DNA of 64,000 nt from an uncultured archaeon (GTDB lineage Archaea; Thermoproteota; Bathyarchaeia; Bathyarchaeales; Bathycorpusculaceae). Below the pieces are notes generated by a model, which worked only from the letters and a program-made list of their open reading frames with translations, did not search any database and was not told the DNA's origin. A program made the position numbers and the translations under genes. Of the stretch, positions 39,404 to 49,094 are shown one piece after another. The stretch's first letter is position 1. Every line of letters starts with the position of its first letter. The DNA lies in assembly GCA_963810275.1 (NCBI GenBank), contig CAWENF010000005.1:1-64000 (forward strand). Reading direction: 5' to 3'.

Positions 39404-40117
39404 ATGGAATATGGACCACAAGTTCCTCAGTTACATCAACTTCCACAAATCCCACTTATGCCCGAGGTACAAGCGCCACAAGACCAGCAACAGCACCAAC
39501 CCCAACCCAACACAGCCCAAGGCATGAGCTGGATGCCCGGCGCAACCACCGTTGGCGTAGTTTTCCAAGGCGGCGTCCTTCTAGCAGCTGAAAAAAGAGT
39601 AACGTACGGCGGCTTCATCATGAGTCACGGAGGCAAAAAAGTCTTCAAAGTAACAGACCGCATTGGCGTTGCATGCGCAGGCCTCATGGGAGACATGCAA
39701 ATCCTCGCCAGAGAAATGGAAGCCCAAGCAAACCTCTACAGCATGGACGTAGGAAGACCCATCACAGTGCGCAGCGCATCGAAACTCTTGGCAAACGTAC
39801 TCTTCAACCGCAGATACGCACCACTCATCACCCAAACCATCGTCGGCGGTTTAGATGAGGAAGGCAGCAGCGTTTACGTACTCGACGTTTTAGGCTCATT
39901 GATTCCAGACAAGTATGCAGCAGTCGGATCTGGCACAGAAACAGCCATTGGTGTTATCGAAGACGGATTCAAAGACGACCTCAGCCGAGAAGAAGTCAAA
40001 GCACTTGTCACCCGCGCCATGAAAGCCGCAATTAATCGCGACGCCATGAGCGGAGACGGCATAGACTTCCTCTTCATCACCAAAGAAGGCATAACTGAAG
40101 AATCCATTAAATTCTAG
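39404..40117 (+). CDS. psmB: Proteasome beta subunit (Thr1 replaced by Ala; long Gln/Pro leader)
   Basis: MPGATTVGV..AAEKRVT..KKVFKV..AGLMGDMQ..AVGSG..RDAMSGDG. Confidence 0.93.
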   Translation: MEYGPQVPQLHQLPQIPLMPEVQAPQDQQQHQPQPNTAQGMSWMPGATTVGVVFQGGVLLAAEKRVTYGGFIMSHGGKKVFKVTDRIGVACAGLMGDMQILAREMEAQANLYSMDVGRPITVRSASKLLANVLFNRRYAPLITQTIVGGLDEEGSSVYVLDVLGSLIPDKYAAVGSGTETAIGVIEDGFKDDLSREEVKALVTRAMKAAINRDAMSGDGIDFLFITKEGITEESIKF

Positions 40118-40193
40118 ATCCCTTCTTTCCTAAAATCTTATTTTACTTAGCCCTATAGTTACTAGATTAGACGTCGTTAGGAGTCCAGAAGTT

Positions 40194-40823
40194 ATGACTT
40201 TCGATTTAACCCAGCAGGAAGGAGAATTACTCGTCAAACTAGTCCGACAAACCGTGGAGCTACTTCTAAAAGAAAAAGAAATTCCCGAACCCCCGGAAGA
40301 AACTCCAAAGAAGCTTTACGAGAAATGCGGCGTTTTCGTAACCATAAACACGCTTGTAGGTAAAGAAAAAATTCTGCGCGGCTGCATCGGTTACCCCTAC
40401 CCCACCGACCCCTTAATCGAAGCCGTCATCGACTCCGCCATTAACGCTTCCACAAGAGATCCCCGCTTCAAACCAATGGATGAAGAGGAGCTGGCTAATG
40501 TGGTGTTTGAAGTCAGCGTCCTAACCCCTCCTGAACTGGTAAAAACAGATAACCCTAAAGAGTACGTTCACAGCATCGAGGTAGGTGAGGACGGCTTAAT
40601 CATCGAAAGCGGCTACCACAAAGGCTTGCTCCTGCCTCAAGTACCAATTGAGTGGGGTTGGGGTGAAGAAGAGTTCCTATGCCAATGCTGCATGAAAGCA
40701 GGCTTGCCACCCGACAGTTGGCTAAACAAGAATACAAAGCTCTACAAGTTCAAAGCCATCATCTTCGAAGAAGAAACGCCTAACGGCGCAATCAAACGCT
40801 TAAGCCTAAAACCAGAAGCTTAA
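40194..40823 (+). CDS. AMMECR1 (TIGR00296) family protein
   Basis: GVFVT, LRGCIG, DPRF, GLLLPQV, KAGLP. Confidence 0.93.
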   Translation: MTFDLTQQEGELLVKLVRQTVELLLKEKEIPEPPEETPKKLYEKCGVFVTINTLVGKEKILRGCIGYPYPTDPLIEAVIDSAINASTRDPRFKPMDEEELANVVFEVSVLTPPELVKTDNPKEYVHSIEVGEDGLIIESGYHKGLLLPQVPIEWGWGEEEFLCQCCMKAGLPPDSWLNKNTKLYKFKAIIFEEETPNGAIKRLSLKPEA

Positions 40824-41959
40824 CTGACCGCCGACTCAATTATCTCTACGGCGCGGTTTAAACCGCGGAATTTGCCCGAAAACTCGCTTAACCGTCTTGC
40901 GTTTTCTGTGTAGATATCGAGTTCAGCCTCCATTTTCTCAAACGCCGCCGCCAGTTGCCTGCTGTTGCGTACAAGGATGCTTACACCCATCTTTTCCATC
41001 TTCGCCGCGTTACCTAACTGTTCAGGCTGTGTGGGGATGCAGATGCTGGGTTTACCAAACTTTATGGTTTCAAAGCAGGTAGCATGTCCGCCGCTGAAAA
41101 TCACGTATTTGGCATTTAGCATCGCTTGGCGGCGTTCCTCTGTGGAAAGCCAAGTGTAGATTTCGTGTTTTTTGATTTTGACAGCATTCTTCGTCCCGGG
41201 TGTTCCGAGGCTAATGACACATTTTCCTTTAGCGTTTTTGAGCACTGGCAGTATGGTGTTGATTAATTGAGAACGGGTGCCGACCGGTCCGCTTATGGGA
41301 ACAAAAACGTTCTCCTGCCCGCCGACTTCAGGAGTTGTGTCTATGAAGCTGCCCACAAACTCGGTGCGGTCTTCGACACCTAAACTTTTGAGGTCACCTA
41401 TGCTGTACTCCGAAACCGTGTAAGGTGGAGGATTATCCGGGATTATAATTTTTTGGGGGATACGGTAGTACCGCTCTACGAAGCGTTCCCCTGGGCTAAG
41501 AAGGAAAGAGAAGCCGTAGCCTGGGCGAATCATGTTCTCAACATAAATGGAGGGAATGCTCCATCGGCCTGAGAGACGCAAAGCGTTCACGTCGCCGTCG
41601 GATATGATTAAGTCAGGTCTTAGTTTGAGGATTTCCCGCCTAAGGTCATAATAACGCTGCATAGTCTCATACGTGTTAGACTTCTTGACCTCAAAGCGGT
41701 TAAGGTCGGGGTTGAAGAGGAGAAGTGGAAACAACACGTTAAGAAGCGAAGCAGGAATATTGATGCCGCGACTGTTCTCGTACCAACTTATAGGCTGACA
41801 TTCGTAGACATTTTTGAACTCTTTTTTGAGCAACTCATAGGCTTTGCCGCCAGTGTAAAAGTACTGCGTGTGCCCCTGCTGCTGGAGCTTTCTGCCCAGT
41901 GGTATAATGCGAGAAACATGCCCTAACCCTAACTCTGCACAGCTCAGCAGCAACTTCAT
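40820..41959 (-). CDS. GT28/MurG-like glycosyltransferase
   Basis: GLGHVSR, PDLIISD, GGHAT..E..PTQPEQ..NA. Confidence 0.85.
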   Translation of the reverse strand: MKLLLSCAELGLGHVSRIIPLGRKLQQQGHTQYFYTGGKAYELLKKEFKNVYECQPISWYENSRGINIPASLLNVLFPLLLFNPDLNRFEVKKSNTYETMQRYYDLRREILKLRPDLIISDGDVNALRLSGRWSIPSIYVENMIRPGYGFSFLLSPGERFVERYYRIPQKIIIPDNPPPYTVSEYSIGDLKSLGVEDRTEFVGSFIDTTPEVGGQENVFVPISGPVGTRSQLINTILPVLKNAKGKCVISLGTPGTKNAVKIKKHEIYTWLSTEERRQAMLNAKYVIFSGGHATCFETIKFGKPSICIPTQPEQLGNAAKMEKMGVSILVRNSRQLAAAFEKMEAELDIYTENARRLSEFSGKFRGLNRAVEIIESAVS

Positions 41960-42052
41960 GGTTAAAGTTTAACGCACCTCTATATTTGAACTATAGCCAC
42001 ATTCAGTCTACAGAGGCAACAATTTTAAGTCCCCACACAGAAAATACAAGGT

Positions 42053-42907
42053 ATGTTTATCCCTAAGCGAATCTTGGAAGAGAAACTCGCAATCATATTG
42101 GCAGACGACATCGGGGAAGGCGACGTCACCTCAGCCGCTGTAATCCCCAAAAACCACCAAATACAAGCCGAAATTATAGCTAAAGAAAACGGTGTAGCCG
42201 CAGGCGTAGAAGAAGCTATAGTAATAGCCGAGTACCTCGACCTTAAAGCCGAACCCAAGGTGGCGGATGGCGAAAAAATCAAACCCCAACAAGTCCTCAT
42301 ATTGCTCTCAGGCGATGCACGCACAATCTTAACAGCAGAACGAACCATACTCAACCTTATGAGTCGAATGAGCGGCATCGCAACCACCACTCGCAACCTT
42401 ATCGAGAAACTAGAAAAAGCCCAGTACAAAACAAAAATCGCAGCCACCCGCAAATCAGCCCCGGGCATGCTCTACTTCGACAAGAAAGCAGTAATCATCG
42501 GCGGAGGAGACGCACACCGACTTCACCTCGACGACATGCTGCTCATAAAAGACAATCACGTAGCCATAGTGGGCAGCGCCAAAGAAGCCGTGCATATAGC
42601 CAAAGCCAACGCGTCGTTCACCAAAAAAATCGAAGTGGAAGTCACAAACCCCGACGACGCAATCAAAGCAGCGAAGGCAGGCGCAGACATAGTTATGCTA
42701 GACAACTTTGCACCGTTTCAAGTTAAGGAAACTGTTGAGAAACTGCGTAAAGCATGCTTTGACAAGGTTATGCTTGAAGTCAGTGGTGGCGTGACTGTGG
42801 ATACCATACTAGACTACGCTGAAGCTGACGTGGACGTGATTAGCATGGGCAGTTTAACACACAGCGTCAAATCGCTGGACATAAGCTTAGAAATAGTGAG
42901 AGACTAA
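42053..42907 (+). CDS. nadC: Quinolinate phosphoribosyltransferase
   Basis: ERTILN..SGIAT, TRKS, HR..LDD..LIKDNH, EVEV, MLDN, EVSGG. Confidence 0.96.
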   Translation: MFIPKRILEEKLAIILADDIGEGDVTSAAVIPKNHQIQAEIIAKENGVAAGVEEAIVIAEYLDLKAEPKVADGEKIKPQQVLILLSGDARTILTAERTILNLMSRMSGIATTTRNLIEKLEKAQYKTKIAATRKSAPGMLYFDKKAVIIGGGDAHRLHLDDMLLIKDNHVAIVGSAKEAVHIAKANASFTKKIEVEVTNPDDAIKAAKAGADIVMLDNFAPFQVKETVEKLRKACFDKVMLEVSGGVTVDTILDYAEADVDVISMGSLTHSVKSLDISLEIVRD

Positions 42908-42914
42908 GCTTTTT

Positions 42915-43520
42915 TTATAGTCCCAATGTTATGGTGTAGTTTTCCACTACTGCACCCATAATCAACAGTAAAGCCACGATCCCAATGAAAACCAATAGAT
43001 ACTTGACTTCAGACTTCAGCATCTTCTTCTGTGTTATCCGCCTAAACAGCCAAATACTCTCCGCCATACCCATCGAGTACGATACGAATTCTAAAATGAA
43101 GACTACTCCAATTAGCACCAACGCTAAAATCGCCATATTTGGATCCAAAGCAGCTGGTGAAGGCGTAGGAGTCGTCGAGGTACCTGAGAGGCTAGCAGTC
43201 TGCAACTCAATAACAGCACGGAAAGCTTGTCCCGTGTTGAAAAGGATAAACAATCCCAAAGCGGCACCCGCCACAGGGATAAACATGACTAGACAAAGCA
43301 AAAAGTTATTCATGAATATGTCCTGAGTTAAGGTACCGTTTGCAACTCCGTTGGTCACCGTCTGGTTTAGTTGGTCGCTTATCATTTGCGCTTCTGTCGG
43401 ACTAACTGGCACCATAAAGCCGACTATGAGAGCTAAAACCGATAAAACCAACATAAACAGGACAGAATAGACACGTTTCATTTTCGGGGAAGCATTCAGC
43501 CAGAAACTCGGGTAATTCAT
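42915..43520 (-). CDS. SpoIIM-like membrane protein
   Basis: IFMNN..FIP..NTG..LEF..AVVE. Confidence 0.8.
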   Translation of the reverse strand: MNYPSFWLNASPKMKRVYSVLFMLVLSVLALIVGFMVPVSPTEAQMISDQLNQTVTNGVANGTLTQDIFMNNFLLCLVMFIPVAGAALGLFILFNTGQAFRAVIELQTASLSGTSTTPTPSPAALDPNMAILALVLIGVVFILEFVSYSMGMAESIWLFRRITQKKMLKSEVKYLLVFIGIVALLLIMGAVVENYTITLGL

Positions 43521-43603
43521 ACCTTAATCTTCTTGTGGGGCTATTTTAAGTGCGCGGAAGCCACTTGCCAATGGGTTTTGGGTTTCTGTCGATTTAACCT
43601 TTT

Positions 43604-44213
43604 TTAAAAAATCTTCTGCATACATAGCGCAATCGGAAAGGTCATGTCGCCCTGCAAAGGTGATTGAAGACAGACGCGATTATCCAAAATGGTGGGTTGG
43701 CAGTTAAGAGGCAAACCCAAAAGCAACTCAACATCCGTCTCTATAGAGCGTTTGGCAGTATAGAGGATAGCTTCGATGCCCACCGTTAACTCTGCAACCA
43801 GAACAGGCACTCCTCTTTACCAATATATCAATGTCATACAGCCATTTGATTTAACCCACCACTTGTCGCAATCGAGGAAGAATCCGCGGATTTTTGGCTT
43901 TGCCCGCTTTAGAAGTGCGCATGCCAGCGAGTTCAACAGGCGAGAAATCCCACACCGTCACCCCACCCAAAGTCATATCGAGGTGCACTACATCGGCTTT
44001 GTCTTCTTCAAGCACACGCAGGTAAAACTCCACCGCATACACAATTACCTACAAGCCAGAGTGGACTTAATGGAAAATGGGTTCGACTAAGCGGTATAGA
44101 GAGAGCTGACGGTAGGGTGACTCAACCAGGGCGGCGGCGGAAGCTACAATGTGTGCGGGTTGGAATTTATTGTCGAGTAATGCTGCGCCTGAATCGACAG
44201 CGATAACTTTCAT
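43604..44213 (-). pseudogene. DUF4152-family protein, multiply disrupted
   Basis: MKVIAVDSGAALLDNKFQP..ALVESPY, a stop, then ADVVHLDMTLGG and AELTVGIEAILY..LLLGLP in separate fragments. Confidence 0.7.
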
Positions 44214-44352
44214 GATTTTTACCTGAGCAGAGATGGCAGATCAGAAAACCGGGTTTACCACGGCTATGGTTACCTGCGTCTTTATAGGCATAGTTGTGGC
44301 TGTATCGCAAGAGGTGTTTCGTAAAGGTGTTTTATTTTAATGGAGAAAACGT

Positions 44353-44982
44353 TTACTGGTCGGATTTTTCATTTAAGCCCAAAGCGAGCAGGTATTCTTC
44401 GCTGCTTTTAGCACGGCTAGCAGGGGGCTTTACGATTTTGACGACTTCAAAGTTACCCTTAAGTGTCTGGATGTATTCATCAAGGAGACCGCCTTGAAAG
44501 ACTTTTACAAAAAAGTTGCCGCCTGGCTTTAATATATCAATAGCAATTTCCAACGCTTTGGTCGCCAAGTCTATTTGGCATGCGTGGTCAACTTCCCATA
44601 CGCCTGTCACGTTTGGGGCAGCATCGGAGATTACGGCGTCTGCTCGTCTTGGTAGGAAAGAGAGGATTTGCTCGGCGATATTGGGTTCGGTCAAGTCGGC
44701 GATTACAGTTCGGATGTATTCCTGTGTGAAAGGTTCAATGGGTTTGAGGTCAACACCTAAAACGAAGCCGTGTTTACCCGTCATTTTCCTGGCGGCTTGT
44801 ATCCATCCACCTGGCGCCGCGCCAAGGTCGACTACGACGTCGTGAAGTTTTATGAAGCTATATTTGTTGTTGGCTTGAACAAGCTTGTATGTGCTTCGAC
44901 TGCGGTAGTTCTCAGCTTTAGCTTTCTTGTAGTAAAACTCGTTTTTTCTTTCACGTATCCACTGTTTCGGCGTTGGGGTCAT
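44353..44982 (-). CDS. rlmE: 23S rRNA 2'-O-methyltransferase RlmE/FtsJ
   Basis: YRSRSTYKL, DLGAAPGGW, SDAAPN, KVFQG, KPPASR..SSEEY. Confidence 0.95.
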   Translation of the reverse strand: MTPTPKQWIRERKNEFYYKKAKAENYRSRSTYKLVQANNKYSFIKLHDVVVDLGAAPGGWIQAARKMTGKHGFVLGVDLKPIEPFTQEYIRTVIADLTEPNIAEQILSFLPRRADAVISDAAPNVTGVWEVDHACQIDLATKALEIAIDILKPGGNFFVKVFQGGLLDEYIQTLKGNFEVVKIVKPPASRAKSSEEYLLALGLNEKSDQ

Positions 44983-45400
44983 CCTCTGGAATAGTGATTT
45001 CGTCGGGCTCGCTTAGACCTTCAGCTACATCTTCCGGCAATGGTTCAGGTTCTTTTCCTAGATTTATTATCCACTCAGTTAATCGTACACAGCTTTTTGG
45101 GCTGATAGCGGTTGTGGGGTCACATCGTGCGTTGTCTGGGCACAGCAGGCAAGGGCAGTCAATTATTGTTTCAATTGACGCGGGCAGACGCTTCGGGTAG
45201 AGGCGATATGTCCATCTGCCTTCCTGCAGCTCTTTTTCTCTTCTAATAAGCCCTTTTTCTTCTAGCTTTATGCTGACACGGGAGCCTTCACGGCTGCTTG
45301 CGCCTAGTTCCCGCCATAAATCGGATTGAAGCACACCCTGATAGCCTGTCCCTACAACGTAATGGAGTGCTTTCTGTTCGAGGTCATTTCGCTTTGGCAT
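44951..45400 (-). CDS. TFE-beta / RPC34-like transcription factor (winged helix plus Fe-S cysteine cluster)
   Basis: GVLQSDLWREL..SREGSR..LEEKGLIRRE..GRWTYRL, then PCLLCPDNARC..SPKSCVRLTEW. Confidence 0.75.
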   Translation of the reverse strand: MPKRNDLEQKALHYVVGTGYQGVLQSDLWRELGASSREGSRVSIKLEEKGLIRREKELQEGRWTYRLYPKRLPASIETIIDCPCLLCPDNARCDPTTAISPKSCVRLTEWIINLGKEPEPLPEDVAEGLSEPDEITIPEDDPNAETVDT

Positions 45401-45473
45401 CTTATGGTCAAACCCAAATAATACAGTATTATATGCCGCGGATTCACTTAAAAATATGTATCCCTAAATAACC

Positions 45474-46508
45474 GTGAAGTCTATGGTTAAAACCGTGGAG
45501 TTGTTTGCGGGCAAATGCTGCCTGGGCATAGAATCTTCAGCAGACGACTTTGGCGTTGGCGTCGTCACTTTTGGTGGAGAAATTTTAGCGAATAAATCTG
45601 ATAGCTATATTCCAGCGGAAGGCGGCATCCACCCACGTGAAGCAGCAAGACACCACGCGGAAGTCGCCGATAAAGTCATCCAATCAGCCCTCGCAACCGC
45701 CGACGTAAAACCTCAAGAGTTGGCGTGCATCGCTTTCTCGCAGGGACCAGGGCTGGGGCCGTCGCTCCGCACAGGAGCCACAGTTGCCCGTGCACTCGCA
45801 TCTTACCTAAATATTTCGCTTGTCGGCGTAAACCACTCCGTCGCCCACATAGAAATCGGCAAACTAAAAACATGTGTAACCGACCCAGTCACGCTCTATG
45901 CGTCGGGAGGTAACACCATGGTCACTGCTTACGAGTCGGGACGCTACCGGGTCTTCGGAGAAACCTTAGACATCGCATTGGGGAACTGTTTGGATGTTTT
46001 TGGCAGAGAAGCAGGGTTGAAGAGCATGAAGCGTTTGCCGGTGGGCGCTCAGATTGAACAGTTAGCGCTGAAAGGTAAGAGCTTGGTGTCGTTGCCATAT
46101 GTAGTTAAGGGAATGGATTTGTCGCTTAGCGGCTTGCTGACTGCGGCATCTGCGGCACTTCAGAAAGGCGAACGACTTGAAGATGTATGTTTTAGCTTGC
46201 AGGAATACGCTTTCTCTATGGTTACCGAAGTCACCGAACGCGCCTTGGCGCATACCGAGAAGAAGGAGGTTTTATTAACTGGCGGCGTGGCGGCAAACAA
46301 GCGTCTCCAAGCCATGTTGGAAGTGATTGCTGAGGAGCATGGAGCAGAATTCAGTGTGGTACCATTGCAGTACGCGACGGATAATGGGGCAATGATTGCC
46401 TGGACAGGAACTTTAGCGTTCCGTCACGGTTTAGTCCTGCCTATCGAGGATAGCATGGTGAAGTTGCGGTGGAGAGTGGATAAGGTGGATGTACCATGGA
46501 TTCAATAG
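45474..46508 (+). CDS. kae1: KEOPS t6A synthase Kae1
   Basis: LGIESS, GGIHPREAARHH, GPGLG, VNHSVAHIE, GGVAAN, TDNGAMIA. Confidence 0.96.
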   Translation: MKSMVKTVELFAGKCCLGIESSADDFGVGVVTFGGEILANKSDSYIPAEGGIHPREAARHHAEVADKVIQSALATADVKPQELACIAFSQGPGLGPSLRTGATVARALASYLNISLVGVNHSVAHIEIGKLKTCVTDPVTLYASGGNTMVTAYESGRYRVFGETLDIALGNCLDVFGREAGLKSMKRLPVGAQIEQLALKGKSLVSLPYVVKGMDLSLSGLLTAASAALQKGERLEDVCFSLQEYAFSMVTEVTERALAHTEKKEVLLTGGVAANKRLQAMLEVIAEEHGAEFSVVPLQYATDNGAMIAWTGTLAFRHGLVLPIEDSMVKLRWRVDKVDVPWIQ

Positions 46509-47164
46509 ACAAAACCCCCCAAATTCGGTTGATTAAGAAGGGCGCCGAAGCCAGTCTTTTCCTCACCGAATTGCACGGGCGAAAAGCCATCCTCAAAGTG
46601 CGGTTGCCGAAGCGTTACCGTCCAGCCGAGTTGGACCGTGAAATCCGCACCTACCGCACGAGCCATGAGCCTCAGTTGATGCATGAAGCCAAAGCAGCTG
46701 GAGTGGCAACTCCACTGATTTACAGAGTTAACGTGCCTGAATCCATGATTGTGATGGAGTATATTGAGGGCGAACAGATCAAAAAGCTTCTAAACAATGC
46801 CCCAAAAAACGTGCAAGAAACTATGTGCTTGGAAATCGGCAGAAAAATCGCTTACCTCCACCAGAAAGGCTTGATCCATGGCGACTTAACCACCTCCAAT
46901 ATGATACTGGCGAAGAGTGGCAGAATAGTGTTTGTAGATTTTGGTTTAGGCGAGAAAAACATCGAGCGGGAGGCACAGGGGGTGGATTTACATCTGCTTA
47001 AGCGGGCTTTGCAGAGTACTCATTTTAGCTGCTGGGAGCATTGCTATCAAGCGGTGTTGTGCGGTTATACGTCGGTTGTAGGGGCAGATTGTGCGGAAAA
47101 GGTTTATGAGAAAACGCTCGAGATAGAGAGGCGTGGACGCTATGTCGAAGAACGCAAACAATGA
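46496..47164 (+). CDS. bud32: KEOPS kinase Bud32
   Basis: KGAEA, IHGDLTTSN, VDFGL, IERRGRY. Confidence 0.95.
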   Translation: MDSIDKTPQIRLIKKGAEASLFLTELHGRKAILKVRLPKRYRPAELDREIRTYRTSHEPQLMHEAKAAGVATPLIYRVNVPESMIVMEYIEGEQIKKLLNNAPKNVQETMCLEIGRKIAYLHQKGLIHGDLTTSNMILAKSGRIVFVDFGLGEKNIEREAQGVDLHLLKRALQSTHFSCWEHCYQAVLCGYTSVVGADCAEKVYEKTLEIERRGRYVEERKQ

Positions 47165-47750
47165 GTTCTCTTTTAAAGGAAAAGTCGTGTTTTTTGCAAC
47201 TGGCAACATACACAAGTTCCAAGAAGCCCGAAGCATCCTTGGTGGCATGGGCATCTCTATTGGCATGCTCAAGTTGAAGGGCGATGAAGTTCAGAGCGAG
47301 AGCTTGCAAGAAATCGCTGAGAAAAGCGTCCAAAACGCCTACCGACGCAGTCAACTGCCAATTTTTGTTGAGGATGCGGGCTTATTCATAGATGCACTTA
47401 AGGGTTTTCCCGGGCCTTATGCCGCCTACGTATATTGTACCATAGGCAACCAAGGCATTCTTAGACTCATGACTGACACCCAAAACCGAAGTGCCACATT
47501 TCAGTCTGTAATCTCTTACTGCGATAGCGAAAATACTGTTGATCCTGTGAGTTTCTATGGCGAATCTAAAGGGACCATAACGCCAAAGCAGCACACAGAG
47601 CAGGGTAAATCAGGGTTTGGCTTTGACCCTATCTTCCAACCTGATGGCAGCAACCTGACGTTTGCAGAGATGACGGTGGAGGAAAAAAACGGTTATTCGC
47701 ACCGTGCAGAGGCGATTCGCAGGTTTGCAGAATGGTATAAAGCCCAGTAG
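47133..47750 (+). CDS. rdgB: Non-canonical purine NTP pyrophosphatase (RdgB/HAM1)
   Basis: ATGNIHK, VEDAGL..GFPGPY, GFGFDPIF, SHRAEA. Confidence 0.94.
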   Translation: MDAMSKNANNEFSFKGKVVFFATGNIHKFQEARSILGGMGISIGMLKLKGDEVQSESLQEIAEKSVQNAYRRSQLPIFVEDAGLFIDALKGFPGPYAAYVYCTIGNQGILRLMTDTQNRSATFQSVISYCDSENTVDPVSFYGESKGTITPKQHTEQGKSGFGFDPIFQPDGSNLTFAEMTVEEKNGYSHRAEAIRRFAEWYKAQ

Positions 47751-47941
47751 CCCTGCAGACGGGTTGGATATTCCCCTCCCAGAGCTTAGAAACAATCAAT
47801 TCAATTTATCACTCGGGAACCGTTGTAAGCTGGATATTATACCCGTCTACGCCAACACGCCCTAATTTGTTTTTTTTCTCTTTTCTATGCACTAAATCGT
47901 TAAATACTAAATGCTCAAAGTAGGAAATAGGTAATACAGCC

Positions 47942-48457
47942 ATGACCAATGGTACCTTTAAAGAGAAAGCATTAAACGAAGGCTTGATTACGGCCATTGC
48001 TATCGGTGGATTCCTCATCATTTTGGGCGTAGTGTTCGGGTTAACTCCCGGCGTTGCACAGAAAGCGTGGAACTTCGTTATGGACTTTTCTTTTCATGGA
48101 TTTCCATTCGCAGATGGTACCATCATTTTGCCTGCCCCTGCACACCCCTCGGCTCATATGGACTTCTACAACGCAGTTTTAGCATTTACCCTAAGTATAG
48201 GAGGGTTGCAACTTGCCATTTTAGCTACAAGATTAGCATTGCATTCGCGTCTTGATCGTGTTGCTAAGACTATTGGGAACGCGGTGTTTTGGCTTGGCGT
48301 AGCGTTAGCTACCAGAGCGTACCTTATGTTAGGCACACTGGACGGGTGGTTCACGTACTGGGCTGTAATAATAATTGTGCTCGGCTTGTCGCTGATTGCT
48401 CGGGGCTTAATCCATTTCTTTGGGTTGCTGATAAGAAGAAATAGCCGAACCCACTAA
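47942..48457 (+). CDS. Four-TM hypothetical membrane protein
   Basis: 171-aa hydrophobic ORF. Confidence 0.7.
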   Translation: MTNGTFKEKALNEGLITAIAIGGFLIILGVVFGLTPGVAQKAWNFVMDFSFHGFPFADGTIILPAPAHPSAHMDFYNAVLAFTLSIGGLQLAILATRLALHSRLDRVAKTIGNAVFWLGVALATRAYLMLGTLDGWFTYWAVIIIVLGLSLIARGLIHFFGLLIRRNSRTH

Positions 48458-48562
48458 AGCTAAACTGGCATGATAAGCCGCCGTATTCTGGGTTTTATAG
48501 GCGAGACTAGTTACTTTTAAATATAGGCGAGGTGTGGTTTAGGTGCACAATAAGGTGTAAGC

Positions 48563-49003
48563 ATGCCGAAGCAAGAAAAAGGAAAATCACATTCAACTCG
48601 CCCAGTCAGCAGGCGCCCACCAAACTGGTGTAAGTACCAGCCCGAAGAAGTCGAAGCCTTCATCATAAAACTCTCAAAAGAAGGCCACAACATGAGCGCC
48701 ATAGGCACCATTCTGCGTGACCAATACGCTATTCCACTGGTTAAGCCAATCACAGGCAAAAGCATAAGCGAAACGCTCAAAGCTTCAAACCTAGCAGCAT
48801 CTATGCCTGAGGACCTTTTCAACCTAGTCAAGAAGGCACAGGGCTTAGCCGTCCACATGGACAAAAACAAGAAAGACCTTCACAACAAACGGAACATGCA
48901 AATCATCGAAGCCCGCATTCACAAGCTCAGCCGCTACTACAAACGTGAAGGTGTCGTCGATAAGAAGTGGAAGTACGAAGCTAAAATCGCTTCAATATTC
49001 TAA
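48563..49003 (+). CDS. rps15: 30S ribosomal protein uS15
   Basis: GKSHSTRP, IGTILRDQY, PEDLFNL, IHKLSRYYK. Confidence 0.97.
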   Translation: MPKQEKGKSHSTRPVSRRPPNWCKYQPEEVEAFIIKLSKEGHNMSAIGTILRDQYAIPLVKPITGKSISETLKASNLAASMPEDLFNLVKKAQGLAVHMDKNKKDLHNKRNMQIIEARIHKLSRYYKREGVVDKKWKYEAKIASIF

Positions 49004-49094
49004 ACTTCCCTAATTCCATTATTGTTTTATTCTTATTTGTCAAAGCGCAGCTTTAAATCCCATTTAGCCCCTTTATTTGCAGAAGTGATTCTGC

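Noticed and set aside
39101-39421. 106-aa ORF with CQRCC, and the 5' extension of psmB to 39230
   Set aside because: No recognisable family; it spans the divergent promoter region, and ATG 39404 is the more plausible psmB start.
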